A stretch of 58,505 nucleotides of DNA, the filler included, from Sphacelaria rigidula (taxonomy: Eukaryota): assembly GCA_964200075.2 (NCBI GenBank). It is 8 parts of 8 records of this genome, joined end to end, with 100 filler letters (N's around TTAATTAATTAA, not from the genome) between each part and the next. Parts side by side here need not be neighbours in the genome. Positions count along the whole stretch, not along the records: positions 7,327 to 14,552 come from CAXNAA020015872.1; positions 14,653 to 21,878 come from CAXNAA020015873.1; positions 21,979 to 29,204 come from CAXNAA020015874.1; 5 more parts are not named here. One strand, written 5' to 3'. The first letter of the stretch is position 1, and every line of letters begins with the position of its first letter. A model generated the notes under the pieces. It ran no database searches. It saw nothing but the letters and a program-made list of their open reading frames with translations, and was not told where the DNA came from. This document shows positions 13,196 through 25,575 of this stretch, one piece after another. The translations under genes were made by a program, and so were the position numbers.

Positions 13196-13586
13196 ATAGC
13201 CGATCATCGAAATCGAGGATGGGGCTCTTCATTGAATGAGGAGAACCCGGAAAATTAAAATCTTCGTTTCCACATGGTTCCATTCCTTCACGTACTGGTA
13301 GCTATTGACAACTGCTGCACGCCGTGAAAATTTTGATTCTGATATATGCAGATATGCATGCATGCACATGCAAATTGCTTCCTCCAAATTGTTTTTTCGC
13401 CTAGGACCCCACCATGTCGGTTATCGGAATCCAAATTTGCATGGCGTGCAGTGGTTGTCAAAAGCTACCAGTAGGTGAAGGAATGGAATCATATTTCGAA
13501 GATTTGGTGTGGAAACGAAGATTTTTATTTTCCGGGTTCTCGTTATTCAATGAAGAGCTCCATCCTCAATTTCGATGATCGCCTGT
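13196..13586. mobile_element. Foldback MITE
   Basis: cgatcatcgaaatcgaggatgg/ccatcctcaatttcgatgatcg termini; arms pair over ~140 bp (aaaatcttcgtttccaca/tgtggaaacgaagatttt; tactggtagct/agctaccagta). Confidence 0.85.
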
Positions 13587-14483
13587 TAATGGCGGGGTAA
13601 TACGAGATTGAACCAATCTCACGATCAAGTATGGCCATAATGGACGGTACATATGCTATTATTTGTATCATGACATGTGTACCGCGTATGTATTATTGAT
13701 CAAGTCTCGAGGCGTCGTATGTATAGGCAGTTTGTTTTGGGCTGGGACTTAGCACATCTGGGTGCATGGTGTGTTGAGAATATTGGCTCGTGTCGTGTGG
13801 TACTGTCCTCGAGACAGACCGACCACCGCCGCGCAGACCGTAGTATATGGCAGAGGTTGCACCGTGGTGGTTAACCACTTGCTTCTGCAGCAGAAGATCG
13901 AAAAGGTCTTTGAAAAGACAGATGGTGTTTAGGGCTCTTCACTTGGCCGAGCAAAATCAAGCAGCCTCTTTTGAATGCAGAGGGCTGAGGAAACAAAGGA
14001 GAGTGAATGCATATGCGGTGGAGGTGACCGACTCCAAGCATCCTCAAACCTGGAACAAAAACCAGATCCCCTACACGTACGTGAGACTAAATCGTATCCT
14101 CAAGTCAACACTACTGACGTGTTGTTAGTGTTGCTAGCTCGCAGACTAGATCGATTGCAAGCTACGTGGCCTAGCTACGTTATTGATATAGCACACTCCT
14201 GTAGAACAAACCATGGCAGTGCATCCCTTACTGTAGTATCCTACGCGCTTGTGTGGCTACACACGTGTAAATGTATCTTACTACATCAAAGATACGAATG
14301 AAACGGCAGTACAGGTTGTACCGCTATTTGTTATAAAGTCGAACCCGGAACACGGAAAGTACAGCCAGACACTAAGTTGTATGTCATTTGCAACACGGTG
14401 TATGTGAGTGGTGACTCAAGAAAGACTGGCGTTTCTCATCTGAGATTTTCGAACAAGCTCCAAACAAAATGTATATTGTGTAT

Positions 14484-14552
14484 AACAGTATTTTCGTGAG
14501 ATTGAGAGTAGATGATACGATTGAGAGTGGCTTTGATCATTCGCTTGAAGTG
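14484..14552. mobile_element. TIR MITE family B, end fragment truncated by the contig end
   Basis: ttttcgtgagattgagagt is the reverse complement of the 39865-39883 terminus. Confidence 0.65.
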
Positions 14553-14652
14553 NNNNNNNNNNNNNNNNNNNNNNNNNNNNNNNNNNNNNNNNNNNNTTAA
14601 TTAATTAANNNNNNNNNNNNNNNNNNNNNNNNNNNNNNNNNNNNNNNNNNNN
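14553..14652. other. Artificial contig linker
   Basis: Same N44-TTAATTAATTAA-N44 spacer. Confidence 0.98.
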
Positions 14653-14698
14653 CATATCCCGAAAGGGGTAGACTGGCGTCCAGAATAAATGGGACGAC

Positions 14699-14729
<31 letters not shown>
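14653..14729 (+). mobile_element. SINE family A 3' end with (CA)n tail
   Basis: ccgaaaggggtagactggcgtccagaataaatgggacgacaa(ca)n. Confidence 0.8.
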
Positions 14730-14731
<2 letters not shown>

Positions 14732-15215
14732 AACCAGGAAAAACGCATCTCAACCACACACTGTATTTTTCGACCATGAAATTTGGCGACGGGGTAATTG
14801 TTCACAGGTTAGCCCGCCCGTCGTGTGCAATTTGGGAGTCGCCATCAATTCCCGAAGGTATATCACTGTCTGTCTGTACTGCATGGACTCCATTGTTGTT
14901 GAACACAAAATTTGTGCCATGTCGGGAGACGTATCTCAACCTTGAGGTTCCGGACGAGTGATGCCGCGATAGCCCCATCCAGAGAAGTGACTGGTTTGAG
15001 GAGGTAAAATCTACATGAAAAGCAAAATGACAAAAGCCGAGAACACCGAGCAGCTCGGAAGTCCCACGCCTGGGATCGTCTTCGCCAATGTCGCCCGTAT
15101 GAGGCGCTTCATGCAGTCAGCAACCAGCTACTCGTATCATGCGCGGCATGTCGATTTTCCGCGTCACCGTTTTGGGGCTGGTATGGGGGGTAGGCCGTTG
15201 AAGCAGTTGTCACGG

Positions 15216-15360
15216 TGTAATGCGTGAGAGAACCGCGTGCTTAGAGGACCACGCCCCTGACCATAACCCCAACAACACTAACACTAACCCTAACCCTAAC
15301 CATGGGAATGTTCAAATTCGGATGCGGTCCTCTAAGCACGCGGTCCTCTCACGCATTACA
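15216..15360. mobile_element. TIR MITE family T with internal telomeric (CCCTAA)n, short copy
   Basis: 35-bp TIR tgtaatgcgtgagag(a/g)accgcgtgcttagaggacc; internal ctaaccctaaccctaacc. Confidence 0.88.
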
Positions 15361-16509
15361 ACGGGTAAAACTTTTCTTGTACCTCTTCGATGAATAACGT
15401 CTATGTTACCGCAGTGTGGGGGTGTACTGCAGTCAATCTCCCAATGCATTCGCCACTGCACAGGACTCGAACTCAAGCGCAGTGCCAGCATTCAATACAA
15501 CAAGCAGCACCAGGTCAAGGAGACTCGGATATTCGAGTGGCGCGGCACACCACCCATCCATATGGGACGAGAAGGGCACTCCTGTAGAATGCAGAGATAC
15601 ATATAGGTAGTAGGTGATCGTCGGGAAGTCGCCGTTCTCTCTATCCACGCACGCCCCTCCCGATGCGCCCTGTGTAGGAGTTGAATTATCATATAGGGCT
15701 ACATGAACTTGTTTGTTTTATCCCTTTGCATCATAATAATATGTTGAATCTTGCCACGGCGTGGAAGTCCAGGCAAGAACACATCCATTTTGTGCTGTTC
15801 CCACCTTACCTGAAAAAGTGCAACGGCTTCACCGCACAGGGATGTACGTACGACGTACAGACAGTACAGTACAACAATCGCTACAGAGGAGTATTTGGCC
15901 GCGAAAAATCACGGGTAAAGTAAGAAACAACCACGGAGCGGATTTTTTCATCTAAAGGCGTGCAAGGGGCGAGACTGATGAATGCATCTACAGCAGCGGA
16001 GACTGCCGTAAATCGTGATCGTACTGCTCACCTGTTGTCTCGTCGTCATAACTGGAGGGCTGAAACCGGCGGTACCTAAAGGTCTAATCTCAGTTATTCC
16101 TCCAACCGGCCGTTGAAGCTCCCTTGAGCGATACCAATGTGACAAAGCATCCATCGCCACCGGCACCATGTCGTCCAGTCCTGCGCGCTAACCCCGTAGG
16201 CACGCGCGAGCACAACTGCTTTGGTGCAATATCAAGCTGACTCTTCTGCCGAGTACAACCTAATATGCAGAGGCGTTGCTTGTTTCTTGTCCTGTCTTCT
16301 GCAGTCCTCCTTCCGTGTATGTATTATTCGTGTGATGGGGGAGGTACGATGTATATAACCCCGACTCGTCTCCCCTTACTGTTTCAAAAATTGAAAGTGG
16401 CTGAAAGTTGTTCCGTTTTGGATCAACAGAAGCAGCAAAATCGTCTGTAACTGTTTCGCCGTGGAAATCTTTCAACCATTCGCTGAAATGTGAATCTTAT
16501 GTGCAGAAT

Positions 16510-16893
16510 ATCATATACCCTGTGAAGTGGTGACAACACCTTCACTCGAGTAGTGCGGTAGAATACTGCACGAGTATTGCAAACACCGCACCTCATACAT
16601 TGATTGCTTGAGCTCTCACCATCACCTCCCTTTTTCATTAACCTTCTTGGAGGTTTTGTGGGAGTGATTCTTTTACGCCAGCTAGCGGTTGGAATCTGGC
16701 CATATCTTCCAAGTGTGTTGAGTCGCCCAACCAACAATCGCCGCAAAAGATTTTCCGTGAGTTTTTGAACTCTGAACTCTGCTCAGAGGGTGTCCATCAA
16801 CGTTCTGCCCCCAACAATTTTGGTGGGATCCGGGATTCAAACCCGGGACCTTCTGATCATGCAGCCTACGAGCTATCTCATGGTGCCACCAGT
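16510..16893 (-). mobile_element. Second tRNA-headed SINE (or tRNA pseudogene with tail)
   Basis: Minus strand tggtggcaccatgagatagctcgtaggctgcatgatcagaaggtcccgggtttgaatcccggatcccacca has a T-arm ccggg-tttgaat-cccgg with a near-consensus B box; 3' boundary is uncertain. Confidence 0.55.
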
Positions 16894-17089
16894 GTGAAAA
16901 GGTGATGCCTCGACGGACACTTGTCGGAATTTGTCCCTTTTATATGGTGGAACCCACAAACAAAACAAGATAATAATACCAAGCAAAACCAAGGAGAGAT
17001 GTCAAGAAAACAGAAAACTACCGTTCCCCCTAGATAATTGGGGTGAGGTGTAAACAACCATGAGATCTGCTAATTAAGTATACATGTCC

Positions 17090-17535
17090 CCTTCCATATG
17101 TTCTCGGCTTCTCTATCCCTCCTTGCATACTTCACATCCTGCCACTATGTGACTTCTGCTCTCTATTGCTTCGCAACAGGGCCAGTTCTGCTCATCTACT
17201 TCCTCCTCCTCTCGACGACTGGTAACTCTCTTTCTTTGTGGCAGGTCCAGGTACCCCACACGAACTTAGATTTTCGTATTTTTCGCAGCGTCCATTGGGC
17301 CATGCAAATATGCTTGCATCCCTATCCCCTCTCCCAACCCCCCATATATCTCCAGGTGTTCTTCCTCGTCTACTTTGCGTCTGAGCGATCCTTGTTCCCT
17401 TACTTCCATCATATCTCTTATTTTTGCCTTGTAGCCTGCGTCTTCGTACATGCCACGAAAGGGAGAATTTCCCACACGTGTTCGTCAAAAAATCACCTCT
17501 TCTTGACGTTTTTTTTGTTTTCTTCAATTCTCTGA
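17090..17535 (-). mobile_element. LINE (non-LTR retrotransposon) ORF2 C-terminal remnant
   Basis: Frameshifted translation EEEHLEIYGGLGEGIGMQAYLHGPMDAAK...RVG.LDLP...PCCEAIESRSHIVAGC, a degenerate CCHC zinc knuckle of the kind found at LINE ORF2 ends. Confidence 0.7.
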
Positions 17536-20462
17536 AGAAATTATGGAGTTCTATTTTTTGTATGGGATAGCAGGGATGGTATTAGAAAGACGAGCTTACG
17601 TCTGTGACCACGGGTTCGAGAGTTTGGGCTGGTGGGCGAAGATACTATGAAATGTAGTGAGTCTTCAATAATTATTCTATTCCTTGACCTGGTTGAGAAG
17701 TCCGCTATCACATTTTCCGGGGAAGTTTTGTCTCCGAAAAGAGAAGGGTCGGAGACGCCTGCGCAAAACAGCCCCGTTAGTAACGATCCTTGTTGTATAT
17801 GGATGAACTGAGTCACGTGATTTCAGATCAGCTGTGGCAAGTTACTTGATCTTAGAATGGGGGGATCAAGTTACTTGAATGAGGATAATAGGCGGAGGGG
17901 AAGAAAATAAAGGACACAAAAAACAAGAAAGACTAGAGGGATTAGAATGGCTACCAAGCGAGGGTCAAATCAACAACTCGAGGCACTCTCATGGACAAGT
18001 CCGAAGCTAATCGGAAGACCGCAGACGCCACAGCCGGTGTGCTACGCGACTGTCCATTCATTACGCTTCGGCGGTCCTCGATAGGCTCTGACATTACTCG
18101 GAGAATATACCGTTGAATATTTTTCAACTTTCTTGTTTTTTAGGCGTCGAAATTTTCCGAAAAAGACAAAAAAACAAAAATAAAATAGGTGGATGAAATT
18201 TGAAGAAAAAAAGTCCCGTTCATCACCACCCTAAGCAGCGATACCAGAAAATGAAGCAACTCTTTCGAAGCTGTCATTCACATGCAAGATCATTTGTACG
18301 CTCTGCGCCGATGAATCTTAGCAGGATACCGCTCAACCCTCATGTGACCCTCCAAACACATCACGGCGCTTCGCTTAGTGATCGAGGCTGGCTAGTCCGG
18401 CTGAATCCCGGCGTGATGCGTCCCGGCTTTTTAGGGATGGTTTTGTAACGATACGCGCTCAATGGTTTACGTGATTACGGGCAGGCAACAACACTGTGAG
18501 CAGCACATCCCTCCGCCCCCTAGGGCGCCAAAAATGCAGAAAATGATATTTGGATCCAGCGTCATTTTCCCACCACCCCTGGCTGCACACATGGTAAGTT
18601 TTCTCCCTGGAGCACGTGGGAGCTCTGTATGGTCGAGTGAGAATCTCGTGGTGCAGCATTCAGCATGCTTAAGAGCAGGCCAGCCCGTTGTCTTTACTGT
18701 GACAGGAGTATACGAACAATGTGTCTCCTCGCCCGTTGGAGAAAACATCGTCAGCAGGCCCTGGGTTGTACCGTAATCCGACGGTGTATTCGAGGAAGGG
18801 AAACACCATCGCCGGCTGAGACATGGGTATACCCTGTCTCGACAATGTTTGTTCTTTTTTATCCGTCTCGCCACCGATACACGAGCCCCTCTACTGGTTG
18901 GCGACATTCTTCGTTCCACGGTCAGTGGACTATTCATCACTAACAAACGCATTTATTCCAAGAAGCGACACGAGTTCATGGAGACGTTCGAACCTTTGTG
19001 CTGTACTGCACCGCTATACACAATAAGGTTTACTGTGGACGCGCCGTCTCGCAGGCAGCAGCAACAACTAGAGCAAGGACGCCCGCACTACACCAACGCC
19101 CTGAAAAAAAGCAGCCAAGAGTACTCGCCTAACGGGCGACGCACATACATTCCCTCGAGAGAGCATCACGGCGCCCGCCAGAGTCAGCATGTCCGATAGT
19201 AGCCGCGCATCCTCTTTTGTTGTTGTAGAGCCTTCCAAACCTTATTTTTCAATCTCTACAGTATCTACTTCAAGTAAAACCACATTGCAACAGCGACCAT
19301 GCATTCAACAACACCTGGTACAAAAAAAAGCGGACTAAATGGCTACATTGTGAAGGCAACAAAACCTTGCCGTCGATACCCTGCGATGGTCCATTGTGCC
19401 TCGCTTGCACCCGCATACACATATTTGCGTCAAGACATGTGCAGCAGGGGACCCGTGATATTCTCCCTCACTCTTGCGACTCCTAAACTCGAACCGCGGC
19501 ATCTCCCTCCTCTTCGGTGGCCAATGCCCAACATCCACCTCCGAATTCTTTCTCCACGCAGCTCTGAAATTCCTCTTCCTGCAGCTTGTGGTGGTGATCG
19601 GGAGAATCACGTACGACAAAGTTAAAGCGGCCTGTAAGCAGATCGCACCAATAGTGAGAATAGGGAGGAGCGACTGTCGAGCTTGTGGGGGACTGAACGT
19701 CGTGTCATCTCCACTCTATAATAGTATTTTCCATCGTATCTGCGCACCTCACTGCAGGCGAGTGAGCTGAACGCACGTGCTTCCATGGCACCACACCAGT
19801 CGTACCGTAGTACCCGTCCCAATACCCACCGTAAAGCAAAACCTGTACTTCTTCACTTGTTTCGTGTGAGCTTGTTTCTGCAAACTTCCTCGATTTCGGT
19901 TCAGCGCGTACCACACACACACGTGTCTACTAAATGCCCTGGTCACCGGACCGACGCGAAACTCGGTACAGCACAGCAAGAGGTGCGAGGTTGCACGGTT
20001 GCCAACGCGGATGGGAAGGGAGAGTCGCCCGCTCCTGGCGTGACAAAGTCAGTCACATTGAAAGCGAAGTCAAACACATACCCGAACTGATCATATGGAT
20101 TCCCACTGACCTGACTCACATCATGACTGTGCTGCCTATGAAAGCCCCGCCTAGCGCCATGCCACCCAAAGGGGAACGTATTTTCTTATTCATCTCGGAT
20201 CGTCGCTAAGCTTCTGTCCGGACCGTCTCCGTGCAGTGCCTGAGAGCGGCTCGAGAGCGGCAGCACTAATCCGCCGTACTCACCCCCGGGCGCGGAATTC
20301 CCGATTAAGTGAGACCCCGGTCTGCGCAGCAAGATGCCCAGCAAGACGCAACTGAAAGCTGACTGTGAGTACATACAAGTATATACTGCACAGCCTCTCC
20401 AAAGAATCGAAAATGGCCTTCGACGGGCCCTTGACTTTCAACATTAGCGCACGTGTTGCAAC

Positions 20463-20779
20463 AGGTTACGGCACGGCTACACTGGAGGAACGGAACAGGC
20501 AAGTATGTTTGCAAACCTGATGTCGGTGACAAAGTTTTGTCACTCGTGGTATCCTCTCCCGCATTGATGTCCCTATCGCAATCGCCGACACCCGACACCA
20601 ATGATCTCTTGCAGGAATACATGCAACACCAGCCCCAACAGCAGTCCCGACCCTCACTGCTTTCCGTCAATCGTTCCACCGCTGCCTCGCATCAATCTTC
20701 ACCAGATATGAATGAGTTTCGAGACATGTCGATGCTATCACGAAGAGATATCCCACGGGAGCGGACGGGTATTGAATGA
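20463..20779 (+). CDS. Possible terminal exon (Ser/Gln-rich), product unknown
   Basis: ttgcaacag acceptor, open frame VTARLHWRNG...RERTGIE to TGA; upstream candidate donor gtgagt at ~20366, but the upstream segment contains stops. Confidence 0.3.
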
Positions 20780-20915
20780 TTGTTGCCCCATATCAGGGGG
20801 TCGACTTTTCATGGCTACGGACTTGCTTGTGTGCATTCTAGGTAGGCAATGAAAGGATCAAGTTACCGAGATGTCAACGAATGTCAAATGCATCAAGACC
20901 GCTCCAAGAACACTG

Positions 20916-21285
20916 TAGAGGCTGGTTGACGGTGAACACCCCAAATACTCTCACTCGCAAACCTTCACGCAGACTTTTCAAATTAAAATCTAAAAGTTTG
21001 CACACATGTACTTTGGACAACCACAAAAATTCTGAGGACGGAGTGTTCGTTCTTTTTCTATTTCGCCGGTTATTCCCAGGGATTTTGAGCATTAGGGGGG
21101 AATCACGTGCCGTTTTGGAAGCCTAATAACCCGCGAACTAGAACAAAATCAAAACTCCGTCCTCAAAACGTGTTTTGGTGACCCAAAGTATATGTGTGCA
21201 AGGTTTAAGAGACTAACTCCAGAAACCTGCGTGAAGTGTTGCGGAAATGTGCGCTGAGGTGTACCGTGCCCGGTACAACCTCTTA
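20916..21285. mobile_element. Foldback MITE
   Basis: Nested pairs cttcacgcag/ctgcgtgaag, ttgcacacatgtactttgg/ccaaagtatatgtgtgcaa, tgaggacggagt/actccgtcctca. Confidence 0.8.
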
Positions 21286-21348
21286 ATTAGTTGGTTGAAG
21301 AATTGAAATGCATCTTTCCACGTGAGGTTTTGGTTAGTAGTGGTAATG

Positions 21349-21703
21349 GCTGGTCACCCCGGTGTTTCGGTCGGTAACCTCGAAACCTTCTGCCGATCAG
21401 ATCGGGGTTCTAGTGTCGGTGAAGTCACACGATCTGGGTTTTTCTTCACACGATGCCCAACAGCGGCGAGCGACCGTTTCGTGGGTATGCATAATTCGAC
21501 TTCGCGGTCGACGAGGGAAAGGGACCGCTGCATCCTTCTCGCGAAAACAAATAAGGCAAGCATCACACAGGGAAGATGGAGTACTAAACAAAAAGAAAAA
21601 AGAAAAAAACTGCTGAGTTGACCTTCCTTGTGACCCCCGGCTGATGCGTCCACATATACCGAAAGGTGTAAACTAGCGTCTAGAATAGATAGGATGGCAA
21701 GAC
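21349..21703 (+). mobile_element. tRNA-derived SINE family A, full length
   Basis: ggtcaccccggtgtttcggtcggtaacctcgaaacc head; co-linear with 22917-23282. Confidence 0.82.
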
Positions 21704-21878
21704 AGTATAGAAATAGAAATGCCTCTTTCCACGTGAAAAACCCCAATGCACCGCTGTATCGAACTTCGCAACGAAGCTTAGAACAAACGTTCCTTGGACC
21801 ACCCAGGGACGAACTAACAGCCGATTTTATATTTTGGGGTTCATACAAAATATGGGGCTGAAGTGGCATATCTCTCTT

Positions 21879-21978
21879 NNNNNNNNNNNNNNNNNNNNNN
21901 NNNNNNNNNNNNNNNNNNNNNNTTAATTAATTAANNNNNNNNNNNNNNNNNNNNNNNNNNNNNNNNNNNNNNNNNNNN
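21879..21978. other. Artificial contig linker
   Basis: Same spacer. Confidence 0.98.
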
Positions 21979-22020
21979 ACTAAGGCAAGCAACAAATGAG
22001 TACGCCCCCTCCCCGCCCCC
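21979..22020 (+). repeat. Dispersed high-copy motif gactaaggcaagcaacaaatgagtac + C-tract
   Basis: Also at ~22258-22310 and 29305-29345; two contigs begin in it, suggesting it breaks the assembly. Confidence 0.75.
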
Positions 22021-22916
22021 CTCAAGTAGGACATGAATACACCCCCTATCGTACTAGGGAGAAAACGACGGCTATATTTTCTACAAGAGAAATTTGGTGG
22101 TCATAGAAGGCGAAGCAAGACGAGGATAATATATGGAAAATGTTTTGCGTAATGTATTGAAGAAACGTAATGCGAACCGAAATGTTGGATGTGTCTCTAT
22201 TTGGTGCAAGAACGGTTTTCCGCGGTCCTCGAAAGGGATGCGTGGTCAATGGTCAAACGACTTAAGCAAGCAACAAATGAGTACATCCCCGCCCGCCCCC
22301 CCCACCCCATCGTAGCACGAGTCAAAAGTTGTCCGAGGTTGCAAACTTGGACCCAGATGTTTCTCATCGAGGGGCTCCTGAGGTGAAGACCCTGAGAACA
22401 AGTTTGTACACCCCTACCGTGGCGCCACTCATCAGCCGCGCAGCGCCCAATAACATCATGATCAAGAGCATCAAACTCATACGTCGTGCTGGGCCACCCT
22501 AAAAACGTGCATATCCCGGGCACACGTGACTTTTTCAGTTTTCCGAATCAGACCGATGGAAAGTGCTGTATTTCGCTGTGCACCGCAGGCGAATGTGCTG
22601 ATGCACGCTCTGCCACCGTAAAATTACATGAGAAACAAGTGCTGCTGCATAATATATGACCTCAACGACGGAACCAGATGCTGCGAAAAAAAAGCATTTG
22701 TCGGGATTCGAAGTTGTTACCTCCATAACTGGAACCTCCTGTATTACTTGGGCCACCCGGGCGCAGCGGTGTCGAAGAATTGCATACGCAGCTCAATTTC
22801 AGTACTTTTGGGCCGAAATTTTACAAGTATCTTCCGCACGCATGTGAGAAGTTCTTCACGCAAGCAGCACTAGTAGTAGTTTTCGTTTTTCATTTACCTG
22901 AGTTATAGCTGCATTA

Positions 22917-23282
22917 GCCGGTCGCCCCGGTGGGTCAGTTGGTGACCTCGAAACCTCCTGACGCGGTTGGGTCGTGGGTTCAAATCTCGAAGCGATCTGG
23001 GATTTTTTTTCACACAATGCCCAACAATAGTTGAGAGCGATGATGTCGTGGGTACACGAAATTCGATTCAATGGTCGACGAGGGAAAGGGAGTGCTGCTG
23101 AACCCCTCTCGCGAGAAAAATAAAGGCAAGCACCGCAGAAGAAGGAAGGTGGAGAACTAAAACAAACACAGAAGAAAAAAACTTCTGTGTCAGGCTTCTT
23201 CCTGCGTGACCCCGGCTGGTGCGCCCACATATATATACCGAAAGGTGTAGTCCGGCGCCCAGAATAGATGAGTCGACAACAG
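22917..23282 (+). mobile_element. tRNA-derived SINE family A, full length
   Basis: Pol III A box TGGGTCAGTTGG and B box GGTTCAAATC in a tRNA-like head; five copies or fragments in the window. Confidence 0.85.
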
Positions 23283-25492
23283 CACATAGCATTACACAAT
23301 ATATATATATATATGTTTCGTTGCTTCGGTAATGTTTCGCGCAGTGATATTGTAATATAAATCTCGTGTAGAATTTCAGCTTCCAACACCTGAAAGCAAG
23401 CTGCGCGTAACTGTTCAACCGCCAATAGCAGCCCGGACCAGCTATGCTCTGGTGTTTTGCAGTTTTGGGAATGTGCGTGCCCAACCGCATGGCGCAAGCA
23501 GCAGTGCTCATTTCGGGGTTGCCCACTTTCCAATTTGAAAATGGAAGCCTCCAACGTGATGGGAGACTTATCGGAGAAGATCATGCATGCTTCCAGGAGG
23601 AAAATATGCGTGGGGAACGCACAAGAAAAAGTGGGGGAAAATACCATTATTATTTCACAGCCATTTAGGATGTATTGATCGGTGTGAAACGGTCACACTG
23701 TGGATGCAAAAAACCTGAAACGTGGAACCCTGCTCTGAGACAGATGCTACCTGTACAGCAAGTCTTTTCGAGTAACACAATGTACCAACGAAGAAACCCC
23801 TCACGGTATTGGACAAGACACGGCGCCGGACCGCCAAAATAGGCAAACTCACAAAGGCTATTTTTTGTCCAAGGGTCGATCTGGCGGACCGTCGAAGGGT
23901 CGATCGTTCGGACGATAGATAGACACAATAGATTGTGTTGCCATCCGCATTCCAACGACTACTATATTTATCATAATATTGTTTTCTATGCCTTCTGTCG
24001 ATCGTGTATGTAGTTGTGCGTGTACGCGCGTGCGTGTTTCGTCTTTCGCTACTCAGGACGATGAATACATGGCGCATTGGCGGAAATCATGATAGTACCT
24101 CGACTACTCGCATTGTTGACTGTGACTGTACTGCCGCGATGTCCGCTTCCTGCCTCTGCTCCATACCGTACGAGTCGGTAAGCCATTCGGCTACCCTTCA
24201 TCATATGCATGGAAAGTACAAGACGGCACACGGCGTCCCGCCAATCGAGTTACTCACAGGTTTAGTTCGCATGGCCGGGGTATAGGCAAGTAGTTCCTCC
24301 CTAAGCGGTGTACAACTTTCCCGATCAACGCTCCATCCACGCATGTACGTACATGCGTGGTAGTCACAGATCGTATACGACTGCTGTCTACCTATGGTGC
24401 CACGCAGCTCACGTCGCTGCGTGTGCGTGCGCATGCTGCACGCGGTGCAATCAACTAGAGGCACTACATATATCCGTATGATACAAATCTACCACGATCA
24501 AGCGCACGCGAGAGAGTGCGGCAGCGCTCACCTCCTCTACTCTGTACTGATGCGCCCTCTCGGGTGTGCGTGTGGGATAGACGAGTTACACGTAGACTTG
24601 AAGTCAGAAGCAACGGGAAATTTCCCAGTGGTCAATAGCGGGATAGCGGGAAAATACGAAAGAGATCTTACATTAATCTCGACACCCCTTGTATCTTGGT
24701 CGTCAGCTTGCTCGAAAAGATATCAACTTCCAGAAACTCGGGCGGCGAAAAAAAACGAAATGGACGCGTGTTCGCAAAATCGCCACGCTCCAGACTTGCA
24801 CATCCGACGCTAAGAAGGTTTGATCGAGATGATCAGGAAGGGTTGAGGACAATCCCCACTACAGACGCGGAGTATACTGTGTTGAGTGGGTCACTTCAAC
24901 TGGTTGCGTACATCCCAAGGCGAAGGTCCATTGCCAACACAAGGCTAAAGCGCGCGCATATCCCCCCCAAAGCAAGATCATCAGGATCGCACCAGCGTGA
25001 GCATTTGATCTGGTTATAGTAAAACATCGCAGTTGTCTCATTCGGCCTTCTTGAGTCGGCTTTGATTACGGAGTGTCGTTATATAAATTGCTGGTTTTGT
25101 GGACCGTTTTTTACTTGTGTGATGTGTTGCTAGGGGGGGTGATTGACCAGCATAACAGAAATGCTACTGCGTGGATGCAATCGTCGATCTCCATCATCAG
25201 ACAGGGATGCGGTGAGAGTTGGTGCATATACCGTCCTGTGGCTATATGTTTGAGGGCGGGGTGTGGGGGTAGACATCCACAGTACAGGGCAGAACAACAG
25301 TGCAGCAGTAATGACACCCACCTGGAAATATCTTGCTTTCAGGAGATGCACAGACAGTACATTTACTACCGTTGTGCATACCGTACCGTGTGTATTGCGT
25401 ATCGAGACATCAGTATAGGTAGTACAGGGTGCGAGCGCTGTTTGGCTTGATCTCAACTGCAATCTGCACAAACTTTGGTGGCAAGGATCGGC

Positions 25493-25575
25493 GTCCATGG
25501 TTTCGCCGGTGTTGATCGAAAGGCCATGGTTTCGCCGGTGGTGGTGATCGGAAGGCCATTGTTCCGCCGGTCGGA
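25493..25575 (+). repeat. Short tandem repeat, ~3 x 29-32 bp (ccatggtttcgccggtg...gatcg.aagg)
   Basis: Seen directly. Confidence 0.75.

Noticed and set aside
16822..16893. Functional tRNA gene
   Set aside because: The acceptor and D arms pair poorly and the T-loop reads TTT rather than TTC; better explained as a SINE head or pseudogene
22856..23647. 263-aa minus-strand ORF
   Set aside because: It reads through the antisense of a SINE copy and has no domain-like character
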